A stretch of 63,452 nucleotides of DNA, counting the filler, from Octopus bimaculoides (taxonomy: Eukaryota), in assembly GCF_001194135.2 (NCBI RefSeq). It is 6 parts of 6 records of this genome, joined end to end, with 100 filler letters (N's around TTAATTAATTAA, not from the genome) between each part and the next. Parts side by side here need not be neighbours in the genome. Positions count along the whole stretch, not along the records: positions 14,453 to 26,731 come from NC_068988.1; positions 26,832 to 50,725 come from NC_068983.1; 4 more parts are not named here. One strand, given 5' to 3'. The position numbers and the translations under genes were made by a program. Below, piece by piece: positions 24,810 through 38,493 of this stretch; position 1 is the stretch's first letter; each line of letters opens with the position of its first letter. A model generated the notes under the pieces. It had not been told where the DNA came from. It made no database searches and saw only the letters and a list, made by a program, of their open reading frames with translations.

Positions 24810-25610
24810 ATCATCATCGTCATTATCATTTAGTGTCTGTTTTCCATGCTGGCATGGGTTAGATGATTTGACTGAAAACTGGTAAGCCAGGGAGCTGCAC
24901 CAGATTCCAGTCTGGTTTGGCTTGGTTTCTACAGCTGGATGCCCTTCCTAATGTTAACCACTCCAAGAATATATTGGGTGCCATTTACATGTCACTGGCA
25001 CAAGTGCCTTTTATGTTTCATCATTACAGGTGCTTTTTACATGCCACAGTCAAAGGTGCCTTTTATGTGTCACTTGCACTGTCCATAATTATGTTTCCAC
25101 TTGGCCTGACAAGTCTTCTCAAGCCCAGCAATCTTTTGCCATTGCCTTTGTGAAACACAAACAACATCCAAAAATTATATATCACCACCTCGTTCCACGT
25201 CTTCCTGCATCTACCTCTTCCACAGGTTCCTTCCATAGTTAGGGATTGGCACTTCTTTACACAGCTGTCCTCATCCACATGCATCACATGACTGTACCAG
25301 TACAGTCTTCTCTTTTGCACACCACATCTGATGCTTCTGATGCCCAGCTTTTCTCTCAAAATGCTTACACTCTGTTGCATATGCAAATTGACATTGCACA
25401 TCCAACAAAACATATTAGCTTCACTTCTTTCAAGCTTTCACATGTCTTCTGTAGTTACAGCCTATGTTTCACTGCCATGTAGAATGGCTGTCCACACACA
25501 GGCATCATACAATCTGCATTTCACTCAGAGGGAAAGCCTCTTTGTTACTAATACAGGTAGAAGCTCTCTGAACTTTGCCCAGTCTATTCTTATCCTAGAA
25601 CTTTTCCCAG
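24810..25610 (-). mobile_element. RTE LINE 3' end with (GAT)n tail
   Basis: LREKLGIRSIRCGVQKRRLYWYSHV..GRGRCRKTW; 3' UTR aggaagggcatccagctgtagaaac; upstream HGSET motif. Confidence 0.8.
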
Positions 25611-25932
25611 CCTATTCCTATTCTAGCAGCTCCACTTTCGGAGCATCCACCTCCGCTGCTGACTTGGTCACTTAGATAGCAACCTTTACTATCTAGAATA
25701 ACATAAGGTTCTGTAGTGGGAAAATGGGCAAGTGAAAAGTGAAAACCACTTTCAGTGGTAGCATTAAATAATAAATATTGGTATTACAATACATAAATAT
25801 TTACAATCTACTTTTCTACAGAATAATTTGTGCCACTTGCTTGTAAGCTTACATATGCATGTGAAAATATATATATGTACATGTATATCTATGTATGCAA
25901 GTATGCTTATACATATATACATACATATACAT

Positions 25933-26041
<109 letters not shown>

Positions 26042-26329
26042 TCTTTATATACGCATGATGATAATACACATGCACATACATACATATATACATAAATATG
26101 TATATATATATATAAACACACATACATACATACACACATATATGCATGTTTATATACACTCACTCAAGAACACTAAGTGTATACATTTTTGTGCATATGT
26201 GTATGTGCATATAAATCTCTGTGTGTGTTTGCATGTGTGTTGTTGCTGTTTGTGCGTGCGTGCATGCATGTAAATGTATGCATGTTTACACTGGTAAGCA
26301 CACACACATACACACACACACACACACAT

Positions 26330-26362
<33 letters not shown>

Positions 26363-26680
26363 GATGGCATCCAAGACAACCAGCTTAGCTTTATGTGAAT
26401 GTCAAAACAGCAATCCAGTAACATTTACACCTATCAAGAACTTATGAAAAATGCAGTTGACATTATTCAGCAATTGAATTAGTAAAGAATAATTCTTGTA
26501 TCTTCCATTTCTCACAATTAGGTGTGTACAATTATGTATATTTTGTTATAAGTGGGTATACATACAAACATACACTTATACTTACATATGTACTATATAC
26601 ATATAGATATGTATAAAAGTACAGAAATGTATATAAATACCATACATGTGTATATATGTATATATAATTTTTGTTTACGA

Positions 26681-26729
<49 letters not shown>

Positions 26730-26831
26730 TANNNNNNNNNNNNNNNNNNNNNNNNNNNNNNNNNNNNNNNNNNNNTTAATTAATTAANNNNNNNNNNNNN
26801 NNNNNNNNNNNNNNNNNNNNNNNNNNNNNNN

Positions 26832-26887
<56 letters not shown>

Positions 26888-27555
26888 TACAGCCATTTTT
26901 GATTTTGCGGCCATGGGTGTCAACGAATGTCGTGAAAAAGCAAAGGTGAAAGTAATAGATTAGCAATATTTCACCTAATAAATATATCAACCTGCTTTAC
27001 TCAACGCACTATTCTATATATTTACTAACATAACCAAGTAAACTAATGATTAGTATAAATGTGAATTTGTAATTAGTGTAGAGAAGCTGCAGGTTTCCAA
27101 GCAGTTTCCTTTATGAATACACGCTTCTTCTTCTGATTTTGGACCAGATGTTCCGACCTGAACGGCAGTTAACCTCATAAATTATCTTTTCTATACCTGA
27201 TAGCAATATCTTTCTTGTAGTGTTTGCATTTGGCGGAAGTGTTAATGGAAATGTGTTTGAATGCATATATATATATATATTTGTATGTATATTTGTGTGT
27301 GTGTGTGTGTAGATGGTCCAATGTGTGCATGAGTATATATATTTATGTATGTATATTCTACACATAAGTTTCTTAGGAAAGCACACACACACATGTATAT
27401 ATATATGTATATATATATATACGCACACACATATACATATATGTATATAGGCAATTATGAACACACACATACATCCGTATAAATAATGATATATATATAT
27501 ATGTGTGTCTGTAGAGAGAGAGAGAGTTTTTGAAGTGATGTACAGATATTGTATA

Positions 27556-27766
27556 TTTCTTTATTGCCCACATGGGACTAAACAAGGACAGACAAAGGAA
27601 TTAAATCGATTACATCGACGCAAGTGCGTAACTTGTACTTATTTAATCGACCCCGAAAGAATAAAAGGAAGTCGACCGCGGCGGAATTTGAACTCAGAAC
27701 GTAACGGCAGGCGAAATATCGCTAAGCATTTCGCCAAGCGAGCTAACGATTCTGCCAGCTCGCCGC
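27556..27766 (-). mobile_element. SINE family E
   Basis: Matches 45368-45601. Confidence 0.85.
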
Positions 27767-28166
27767 TCTACAGATATTGTATATTGAGAATCACAAGGTA
27801 GTCAGAATTTTGGATGATTATATATATTTTCATTTACATTTTTAGCGCTTTCTTCTGTTTTCGGATTCATGTAAACGTTTTTGATAAATCCTATAACGGA
27901 AGTAAGCGCTAAAAATGTAAATAAAAATATATACAAACATCCAACATTCTGACTACCTTGTTATTCTCAATATATATATATATATATATNNNNNNNNNNN
28001 NNNNNNNNNNNNNNNNNNNNNNNNNNNNNNNNNNNNNNNNNNNNNNNNNNNNNNNNNNNNNNNNNNNNNNNNNNNNNNNNNNNNNNNNNNNNNNNNNNNN
28101 NNNNNNNNNNNNNNNNNNNNNNNNNNNNNNNNNNNNNNNNNNNNNNNNNNNNNNNNNNNNNNNNNN

Positions 28167-28231
<65 letters not shown>

Positions 28232-28639
28232 TAAGAGGATTATTCCGAATTACAATTGTGAAATTAAGACCGATAAATATAATATGTAGGATAATTATCA
28301 ACAATAAAGATAATTCGTGTAAGGTAAATCCCACAAGATTAACTAAAACCACAAATAAAATAGAAAAAGAAACAAGGAAAAGATTTTTGATACGGAAATA
28401 CATGTACATCTTTATAAAGTTTTTCCTTAAATATTCATCGTGGATGGCACAACTGACTGAAATCGGACATGTTACTTTGTAGTAAACATTCACTTTTTTT
28501 TCACGAATGATGTTCAAATTTCGCTACGGTTTTAAATCTCCGCGTTCAGTAAATTAAGTATCAGTCAACTAAAACCCATTCCTATCACAAAACCTTTGCG
28601 GCCTTTTATTTGTGTCAGAAATCGATACTCATAGTCAGA

Positions 28640-28850
28640 AAGGCGGTAAGCTGGCAGAATCGTCAGCACACCGGCCAAAATTTTTCGTGGCAGTTTCTTC
28701 GACTTTTCGTTCTACGATCAAATTCCGACTTTACCTTTTATTTTTTCGGGCTTTATAAAAAAAGGACCGGTTGAACACTGGGCTCGATGTAATTGACTTA
28801 CCCCTTCACCCGAAATTCCAGGCCTTGTGCCAAAATTTGAAACCAATATT
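28640..28850 (+). mobile_element. SINE family E, degenerate
   Basis: ggcggtaagctggcagaatcgt head; aggccttgtgcc tail. Confidence 0.75.
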
Positions 28851-29252
28851 AATAATCAGTGCGAATAGTGTAGAGAATTGTTCAATTCCAGGGTGAATAA
28901 TGTGGCTTCTCTGGAGTGAAATCACTTATTAAAATAAAACCATGTTGTTATCAAACTTACGATATTTAGTCATAGATGGGAGATCTATGGGTTTCAGCAA
29001 TTTGATTTGATCTTGAGTGTTCTAGATGATGATGGAATTTGCCTTGGTGGAGCAATGATTTAGTTTAGCTTATAGGATATTTTCCTTATACTGATTTTTT
29101 TTTTTTTTGTCAAAGTCTTTACGAGTCTCTACCTTGTTGCTCAGTCTGCAAGATATAACTGATAAATCTTCCTCGTTTCACGCTCTACAATTTAGTTATT
29201 TATTTCTCTTTAAAAAAAATCGTTTAATAATGTAATCATTAAAATACTTACC

Positions 29253-29557
29253 ATGAAGGCGCGTGGCTTAGTGGTAAGGAGCATTTGGCTCACAATCATA
29301 AGGGCTTGAGTTCGATTCCTGGCGACGAGTTGTGTCTTTTAACAAAACACTTTATTTCACGTTGCTTCAGTTCACTCGGAGTATTTCAAAGGGCGAGACT
29401 TGTCACACTCTGTGTCACGCCGAATCTCCCTGAGAACTACGTTAAGGGCACACGTGCTCGTGGAATACTCAGCCACTTGGGCGTTAATTTCACGAGCAAA
29501 CTATTCCATTGATTGGATCAATTGGATCCCTCGTCGTCGTAACCGACAGAGTACCAG
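29253..29557 (+). mobile_element. SINE with head C and tail B
   Basis: Same architecture as 11688-11993. Confidence 0.85.
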
Positions 29558-29834
29558 TTTTAATTTTTAAAAAAAATATTATGACTGACAATAAAAGAAG
29601 GGGTAATCACGTTGGATAGATTTGCTCAATAGCAGTTTACCTAAGACTAATCAACAACACTGTTTTCGAAGCCCATGTTAGGTACAATCACTTTGGACTC
29701 GGAATAAGGGATATTTTTCATTGCCATTTCCCATACTTCAATTTGCAATGGCAAATTTCGTTACCTTAATTATCTAGTTGTAACCAAAGTCAGTCAGTTA
29801 GGTTGCTACCTTGACAACAAAAGCAACAACAATA

Positions 29835-30050
29835 ATGGTTTAAATTTTAGTACAAGACCAAAAATTTCGAGGGGAGGGAGTAAGTCAATTATATTGATCC
29901 CCAGTGTTCAACTGGTACCTATTTTATCAACTCCGAAAGGATGAAAGCCAAAGTCGACTTCGACGGAATTTGAACTCGAAACGTAAAAGCAGACGAAATG
30001 CCACTAAGTACTTTGTTCGGTGTGCAAACGATTCTGCCAGCTCGCCGCCT
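29835..30050 (-). mobile_element. SINE family E
   Basis: Deu-like core and head visible in reverse complement. Confidence 0.85.
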
Positions 30051-31629
30051 TGTAATAAGCAAAGAACAAAGACAACGAAAACAGCAATAGGTCACAAAGA
30101 GTTTTAATGCAGACTCCATCCTGCTCTCCAAGCATGAAAGAGTAAGGAAAAAATGTCATTATNNNNNNNNNNNNNNNNNNNNNNNNNNNNNNNNNNNNNN
30201 NNNNNNNNNNNNNNNNNNNNNNNNNNNNNNNNNNNNNNNNNNNNNNNNNNNNNNNNNNNNNNNNNNNNNNNNNNNNNNNNNNNNNNNNNNNNNNNNNNNN
30301 NNNNNNNNNNNNNNNNNNNNNNNNNNNNNNNNNNNNNNNNNNNNNNNNNNNNNNNNNNNNNNNNNNNNNNNNNNNNNNNNNNNNNNNNNNNNNNNNNNNN
30401 NNNNNNNTTTTTTTTTTTTTTTTTTTTCTAGTGAATCGCATCTATCGACACCCACATTTATTCTTTTTTTAAAATTTGGTACTTACTTATTTTAACGAAA
30501 TCTTTTTGTCGCACCGGCAAGTTAACGGACATGAACACACCCACTGATTTTTTTTTTTTTTTCAAGCTGTGGTAGCGTTAAGCTAGTTTTAAAGACAGAC
30601 ATATACAGTCACACGCACACACACACACATATACACACATATATGTGGGGTGGGAGCTGCGTGCACATGTACGTCTAGCTTCCGTGCAGTATCAGTTTAC
30701 TTATTTTAGTAACAAGGAATTGGTCGAACGTAGGCTATAGAAGAAGACGCTTACATAAAATGCCACGAACCGGGAATATGTGGTTGTGAAGGAAACTCTT
30801 TATCCACGCAGGCATCTAAATGGTAATCTACTAAGCAAAAATGCAAGCTATGTTAAGTGTTACAATATTTAATGTAGCTCTTTGGTCCTCTTTGAAACCA
30901 GGTTGAAAATGTATAGTTTTAACTAAACAAACTTAACCGTAAGATGGATGCAGGACAATCAACTTTTACTTCTTTTATCTAATTTCTTCATTTCTTTCTA
31001 AACAGACTTATAAAACATGTTTTCTTTTTTATTCATACTATCTATAAAGAACAAGCAACGTTTATCAGTTTGTTGACCTCAGCGAAAGAAGTTGTGTGGT
31101 AATCTAAGTTAAAAGGGTTGAAGACAGACACTTTACTCTTTGGCCAAGCTCTCATCAACTTTTTCAAGTTCTGCTCGAAAAGGAATGTGAGGATGGAAAG
31201 GGAAGTACTGCCTGCCAGTAATTTGTTGGAATGAATTTGTTGGATGAATGTGACGAGAATGGTCCAAGTGAACGAGCTTACTCTGAGTTTGCGACGGTAG
31301 ACTGAGAGGGGAAGTTAAAGGGAGTGCACTTGCCCTAATGTTGAGGTCGACCGTAGTTTTGTGGGGTTTCCACGGACAGCCCTTTGAAGTGTCACACCTT
31401 TTGAATTTTTTCTTGTATGAATTTATTGTTGTTATTTTACTGTTCATGTGCCTTCATGTAACCTCCATCATATCATATCGCATTATATCGTCCTGTACCA
31501 TCGTTGATCTTTGAATAAACCCTTAATAGTTAATAAAGGAATCATTTTATTTTTATCTGATTTCATTTATATGTTCTTATTTTACTTTTCAAATAGTTTT
31601 TCTTAAATTCATTTTAACACATGTGTGTA

Positions 31630-31900
31630 TGAGTGTCTCTTGGTCATGACATCACGTGATGATTGTAAACGAGTGTCGACGTTACACAAACGATGTTGTT
31701 TGTTTCCAGTCTTCCGTGAAAAACATAGCTGGCCATGGAGAAATATTACCTTGTTTGGAAACAATTGACGGTTGACGATAGTAAAGATAACCAGATACTG
31801 AAAATCTGCTTCAACAAATTTCTTCTAACCCATACAAAAAATAAAATAGTGGACGTTAGAATAAAGATGATGATGATGACGACGACGACGACGACGACGA
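31630..31900 (+). mobile_element. Degenerate SINE/RTE-type tail ending in (GAT)n(GAC)n
   Basis: ..gtggacgttagaataaagatgatgatg resembles the RTE tail at 24810-24960. Confidence 0.4.
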
Positions 31901-32330
31901 TATCTTAGACAATTAGGTGTCCTGACAATAGATTCAAGTAAGATCCGAACTCATAATCTAACTGTCCTTGGTCACTCAAATTCATGTAACTGAATCCATA
32001 CGATTCTGGGTAGTTGCTGTGTCCGTCCATCCACGGTCATGACACACACCTTCTGTCAATCGAGATTTATACATCGCAAAATTGTCAATGGCAAGAATGA
32101 CTGTATATAGTACATGAGTTTTCCAATAATTGCGTACGTTAACAAGCTCGCTTTGCAACCATGAGGTCCCGGGTTCGACCCCAGTGTGTAGCATCTTGAG
32201 CAAATGCTTTTACTATAGTCTCGAATTGTCTCCGACTTTGTGATTGAATTAGGATAGGCGGAATAACTAATCTGTACTTGTTAGTGCAAGGTCATGCCTC
32301 GAAGTAATTGATTCTATCTTAGAATTAATG

Positions 32331-32559
32331 TTAACTCTTTAGCATTCAGATTGCTCTGTCAAATGTAATGCTTATTTCTTTATATCGTTTTGAATTGATC
32401 ATGCATTATCTCGTTGCTTCGAGATTTAGATGACGTGATTATTCTATTTTAGAACAACATTGTAGGGTAGCTTTGAGAGGCAATATCTGGTCAGTTTAAA
32501 ACATAAAACATTTAGAATATTTGAGCCGGATATGGTTGGTTTAAACGCTACAGAGTTAA
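32331..32559. mobile_element. piggyBac-like MITE with TTAA TSD
   Basis: ttaa|ctctttagcattca ... aaacgctacagag|ttaa; imperfect short TIRs. Confidence 0.6.
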
Positions 32560-33883
32560 ATGTAGACATGTCTATGGATAGTCTAAGCCCATTCTCACGT
32601 TACTTCATTGAATAAATTAATAGATCGTCCAGTTGGCCGAACATACACTGAAATCAATGTGAAAATTCAAACAGTTTGCAAGGCTTAGTTCAAGGCATTG
32701 TATAGGTCTTGCAAAAAAAAATGGACAACGGAAACTCTGTCAAGCGATTCTTTGCCACGAATCCTAAAATCGGTAATATAATACAGCAGCAGAAAATAAA
32801 CAATTTGCATTGTAATTCTAGAAGAGATAACATTACATTTTTTTACAAAAGTACAAAAGAAGATGAGTTATCCAAATCTCTCTTAAAAGTGTTCGTATAA
32901 ACGTAAGAAATTTTACATCAGCTTCCGTGGAACAAAATTTGTTCACACGAAATAGTTCATTTCCAAAAGGCGGCAATTTGTCTAGGTGAGAAGTCAGTAT
33001 TTATTTGTTTATGAACTACATGCCTCCCACTACCACCCCAACACCACCAGCTCAAACCACCACCGCCACCTTACTCCTGAACCTAACCTATACATATGCT
33101 CCAAAACTCAAGGATTGTCAGCGGATTTCTCATTAAAAAAATACTAACCTGGTGGAAATTTGATGAACTTTGCCCATGTCATGGGAAGTAATTTTTTTCT
33201 TTTTTATCTAAACATACACACAAAAATATACATTTCCAGCTATTTACATAAAGGCGTTCCTATACGTTTGCCAGTGAGCTAAGGCACACAAACGTACGTA
33301 CATACATACATTCATACATACATACATACATATATGTATATATATANNNNNNNNNNNNNNNNNNNNNNNNNNNNNNNNNNNNNNNNNNNNNNNNNNNNNN
33401 NNNNNNNNNNNNNNNNNNNNNNNNNNNNNNNNNNNNNNNNNNNNNNNNNNNNNNNNNNNNNNNNNNNNNNNNNNNNNNNNNNNNNNNNNNNNNNNNNNNN
33501 NNNNNNNNNNNNNNNNNNNNNNNNNNNNNNNNNNNNNNNNNNNNNNNNNNNNNNNNNNNNNNNNNNNNNNNNNNNNNNNNNNNNNNNNNNNNNNNNNNNN
33601 NNNNNNNNNNNNNNNNNNNNNNNNNNNNNNNNNNNNNNNNNNNNNNNNNNNNNNNNNNNNNNNNNNNNNNNNNNNNNNNNNNNNNNNNNNNNNNNNNNNN
33701 NNNNNNNNNNNNNNNNNNNNNNNNNNNNNNNNNNNNNNNNNNNNNNNNNNNNNNNNNNNNNNNNNNNNNNNNNNNNNNNNNNNNNNNNNNNNNNNNNNNN
33801 NNNNNNNNNNNNNNNNNNNNNNNNNNNNNNNNNNNNNNNNNNNNNNNNNNNNNNNNNNNNNNNNNNNNNNNNNNNNNNNNNNT

Positions 33884-33926
<43 letters not shown>

Positions 33927-34319
33927 TAAACACACAAGGTAATGGAAAAAATCAGCGGCCTTCCTTGAGATTTTATGGGGAAGGTTATATATTTATGAAA
34001 TACCTGTGCACATACATGCATGCATGTGTCCATGCAAGCAGGCATGCATACATACATACATACATACATACATACACAGACATGCGCGTACGCCGACAGA
34101 GTTGTTAAAGTGTAGAGGAGAATGTCTACGTTCTGATTTCAAATCTTATCAAGGTCAGCTTTGTGTCTCACTCTATGTAAATGTGCATATGAATGTGCTT
34201 GCATGTGTTTTTGTTTGTGTGTGTGTGCAAGAGGGAGAGAGAGTGTGAGAAAGAGAGAGAGTGAGAAAGAGAGAGAGTGAGAAAGAGAGAGAGAGTGAGA
34301 AAGAGAGAGAGAGAGAGTG

Positions 34320-34688
34320 AGTGGTTAGGGCAGCGGACTCGCGGTTATACGTTCGCGGTTTCGATTCCCAGACAGGGCGTTGTGAGTGTTTAATGAGCGA
34401 AAACACCTAAAGCTCCACGAGGCTCCGGCAGGGGATGGTGGCGAACCCTGCTGTACTCTTTCACCACAACTTTCTCTCACTCTTACTTCCTGTTTCTGTT
34501 GTGCCTGTAATTCAAAGGGTCAGCCTTGTCACACTGTGTCACGCTGAATATCCCCGAGAACTACGTTAAGGGTACACGTGTATGTGGAGTGCTCAGCCAC
34601 TTGCACGTTAATTTCACGAGCAGGCTGTTCCGTTGATCGGATCAACTGGAACCCTCGACGTCGTAAGCGACGGAGTGCCAACAACAAC
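34320..34688 (+). mobile_element. SINE family B, slightly 5'-truncated
   Basis: Near-identical to 46060-46445; (AAC)n tail. Confidence 0.9.
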
Positions 34689-35024
34689 TAGCATGTGTAT
34701 GTATGTTAAACTAAAAAACAAAATCGTAACAGTAGTAAACATCAAAACAACATTAGTAATTTACTAGTAAAATACACTTGAATACAAATTGCAGTAGGAT
34801 TATCTACAAATGTTAAGTGTCTTTGTATTAATATATTAAGTACGTAAAAGCATCGCTATACTGTCATTTATTCACTCAATGAATAAATATAAAAGCTAAT
34901 AAAGTTGATTATCCCGATTAGTAAAATTTTAAAACGATTTAGAGGATTATTGTGCTTTTAAATCAGAAGTCTCGAAATACTGACACGATGAAATAAAAAG
35001 CTAGCAACAACAACACAATAATAA

Positions 35025-35241
35025 TAATGGTTTGAAATTTTTCCATAAGGGTAGTAATTATGGCGGAGGGGATGAGTCGATTACATCGACCCCAGTGTTT
35101 CACAGGTACTTAATTTATCGACTCCGAAAGGATGAAAAGCAAAGTCGACCGCTGCGGAATTTGAACTCAGAACGGAGTGACGGGGCGAAACAGCGCTAAG
35201 CATTTCGTCCAGCGTGCTCACGATTCTGCCAGCTCGCCATC

Positions 35242-35243
<2 letters not shown>
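35025..35243 (-). mobile_element. SINE family E
   Basis: Core and head visible in reverse complement. Confidence 0.85.
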
Positions 35244-35305
<62 letters not shown>

Positions 35306-35321
35306 TAATAATAATAACAAC

Positions 35322-35414
<93 letters not shown>

Positions 35415-35445
35415 AAGAAGAAGAAGAAGAAGAAGAAGAAGAAGA
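35244..35445. repeat. Compound (AAT)n(AAG)n microsatellite
   Basis: Seen directly. Confidence 0.95.
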
Positions 35446-35446
35446 A

Positions 35447-36549
35447 ATTGAAGGCTAACGATGCACGGAGCCCATCATCTTCGTGCGGACACTGATCGCC
35501 TATACATGAAGAGAGCAAATGGAGGAAGGGGAAGTGTGGAAGACTGCGTGCGTATCGAACTCGAGAGCTTAGTGAGATACCTGGCCCAAAGTAAGGAAGC
35601 TTTGCTTAGTGACAGTCAGGAACGAGAGAGTATTGAGAGCAGAGGAAGAAGAGAAAACAAAGGAAGAAGAACAAAAAGGACATAAAGAAGAATTACTCAA
35701 GAAGGGACTACACAATCAATTCCATGTATCCACGACAGAAGTTGCTGGAAAAAGTAGGTGGGATTGGCTGATGAAAGGAAGCCTAAAGAAGACCGAGAGC
35801 ACTATATTGGCAGCGCAAGACCAAGCTTTGGCCATGAACTGGGGGGTCAACCTTAGGAATGAGCAAGTGTCTCTGCTGTGCTGCATCTGCAATAGAGTGG
35901 ATGAAACCATTGCCCATATCATGAACGAATGCCCTAGACTTGCCCAAAACCATTACAAGTTGTGGCGACACAACCAGGCGGCGAAAGTGCTACATTGGAA
36001 ACTGCGCGAAATGTGGGGGCCAGCGAGAGGTAAGATGTGATATGAGCACAAACCGCATAGATTGGTGGAGTCGGAGACTAGCAAAATCCTCTTGGATTTT
36101 CCAATCCAAACAGATCAGGTACTAGAGCATAACAGACCGGTCCTAGTGGTGGTGGACAAGGTGCACCACGTATGTTATATTGTTGATGTTGCATGCCTCT
36201 TTGACCCACAAATAATCGAGAAGGAAGGCGAAAAGATAGATAGATACAAACCTCTTAAGTACAAAATAGCCCGGCAATGGAAAATGAAGAAGGTGAAGAT
36301 AGTGCCAATTATTTTTGGGTCCTTGGGGAACAGTATCAGAAGGCATCAAGAGGAATATCAAGGAAATTGGAATAGAGTGCCCAGTAAAACTGTTACAAAA
36401 TGTTTGCCTCCTTGGCACGGCCAGAATAATCAGGAAAGTGTATTAGAAAGCTGAAAAGAATGGATAGCATGGTGCCGTAAACTGCAGGTAGTAAATCCGC
36501 AACGCATGCAAGACTCCCAGGAGCTCCAACTAAACCTGTGATAAAGAGA

Positions 36550-36550
<1 letters not shown>
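35447..36550 (+). pseudogene. R4/Dong-like LINE 3' third (RT C-terminus, CCHC, REL), frameshifted
   Basis: MHGAHHLRADTDRLY..GGRG; CCICNRVDETIAHIMNEC..WRHNQ; DFPIQTDQVLEHNRP..IVDVAC..EKIDRY..IVPIIFGSLG. Flanked on both sides by AAT-containing arrays. Confidence 0.9.

Positions 36551-36616
<66 letters not shown>
36551..36616. repeat. (AAT)n array shared by two convergent LINE 3' ends
   Basis: Seen directly. Confidence 0.95.
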
Positions 36617-37241
36617 GTACTTTATTGGCCACCTGGGCCGAACACAAAACATAGAGGACGATTCACAAACGAGGCACAGTGATGTTAAGCGTGTAAACAG
36701 CACACAAAGACAACGATTAACAAAGATATTAAATCAAAAATATGCTTCCCAAATAGGGGCGAGTTCCGCTGCAAGGTAACCAAAGAGACCTCATGCACTT
36801 TGCACCCCTTAACACCAACGGCTCCTCAGGAAGGCACCCTCTCTTCTCCCTTCCATCCGGCTTACAGGCGCACACATAGAGCAGGTCCAACCCCACGGAG
36901 CATTTTTGCCACATTCACCCACCTTTCAACCAACGTACTGGGTGACAGTACCTCTCTCTCTCCAGCCTCAGCTTCCTTTTCAGGTGGAACCTGAAAAAGT
37001 CAATGAGGCCTTGACCAAAGAGGAAGGTACCCGTCTTCAACCCTTTCAATCCCATCCACCACACAACCTCTTTTGCCATAGCCATCCGACAGAGAAAAAT
37101 TGTCCTCCTTTCCCGTCCAAAGGAGTGAGGCGGGGCGATTTTCACAATGGTCTCCGATGGTAGCCGTCTTACACGTGACAATAACTGATCGACAAAGCTC
37201 CACAAATCAGCAATGCGCGGACATTGTACGAGAGCATGTAC
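36617..37241 (-). mobile_element. L1/Tx1-clade LINE 3' end
   Basis: HALVQCPRIADLWSFVDQLLSRV..AKEVVWW..FFRFHLKRKLRLER; AATAAA followed by (ATT)n on its sense strand. Confidence 0.85.
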
Positions 37242-37990
37242 AAAGATTTTACATAAATTTTCGTGATGAATTGTGCAATGAATCGCTGGAAAATCATTGT
37301 TTGACAAATTCGGAGGTTAATTCGTCTTTAAATTTGGAGAGAGAGCCTATCTTAAGCTCACCCATTGGTGGGCACCCTCGTATGTTGTTACACTGACGAT
37401 CCTCTCAAGCAGGAGATTCAACATCGTTGTTGCTTTCTTCACTTCATCATACATGCTATATCATGCAACGGTGTCATTCATTGTCTGAACGGTAATTCTT
37501 CAGTGTTATTAAATGATTTATCAATACAAAGTATGAAAATTACAAGTTTAACCGAATCGGATAAATATATCTGCGCTTTCGTCGATAACCAGTGAAAAGG
37601 AATTATATTCTCTTATTTTTTCTGACAACATACATTTGATATTTGCAGCAATTTCTTCTACCATTAGTCATACATATCTAGCGTTTAATAAAAATGTTGT
37701 CACTGCCAAAAGACATCCTTTTACTAATTCACTATCGGCATAATAATTTTTTAATGTTTACGAACTTTTTCATAACCTACAACATAGCTTGCATGTAAAA
37801 CTTCTTTGAGTTCTGTCTGTCTTTTAGAAAAGAGCGTATATAGGCTACAGATCTATTTCATCAGGGCTCCAATTTTCTTTTTTCTAATGTCTCCTTTAAA
37901 TTTATTGCAACCGGAATGTTTTGAAGCTTAATGCCGCTTAACAATAAATTCTTTAAAAGCGGAGGTGGATTCATACCATATTAAGCCCAT
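37242..37990 (-). pseudogene. hAT (SPIN/Charlie/Buster-like) transposase remnant
   Basis: FKEFIVKRH..SKH; DSELVKGCLLAV; FSLVIDESADI; KLVIFI..TEEL; IVSVTT; IHCTIHHENLC (CxxH motif). Confidence 0.8.
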
Positions 37991-38118
37991 TGGTCTGTTT
38001 TTTTTTTTTTAATTCACTAAAGTAGAAAGTAAGGTTCTGTCAATAATGTATAACAACGCTCCTCCATACTATTTGCATCTGTAGTTACAGTGGCTGAATT
38101 ATTGTAACAATTCGTTAT

Positions 38119-38493
38119 TTGTTGGCACTCCGTCGCTTACGACGTCGAGGGTTCCAGTCGATCCGATCAACGGAACAGCCTGCTCGTGAATTTAACGTGC
38201 AAGTGGCTGAGCATTCCACAGACACGTGTACCCTTAACGTAGTTCTCGGGGATATTCAGCGTGACACAGTGTGACAAGGCTGACCCTTTGAATTACAGGC
38301 ACAACAGAAACAGGAAGTAAGAGTGAGAGAAAGCTGTGGTGAAAGAGTACAGCAGGATTTGCCACCATTCCCTGCCGGAGCCTCGTGGAGCTTCAGGTGT
38401 TTTCGCTCAATTAACACTCACAACGCCCGGTCTGGGAATCGAAACCGCGATCCTATGACCGCGAGTCCGCTGCCCTAACCACTGGGCCATGCA
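38119..38493 (-). mobile_element. SINE family B
   Basis: Matches 46060-46445; ends at the gap. Confidence 0.9.

Noticed and set aside
29140-29170. 13-nt minus-strand mini-exon (tcttgcag|actgagcaacaag|gtagag)
   Set aside because: The donor is weak, it is not frame-preserving, and such matches are expected by chance.
31448-31500. Selenocysteine read-through extending the 31133-31447 ORF via an upstream in-frame TGA
   Set aside because: There is no redox motif, homology or SECIS; a chance stop is more likely.
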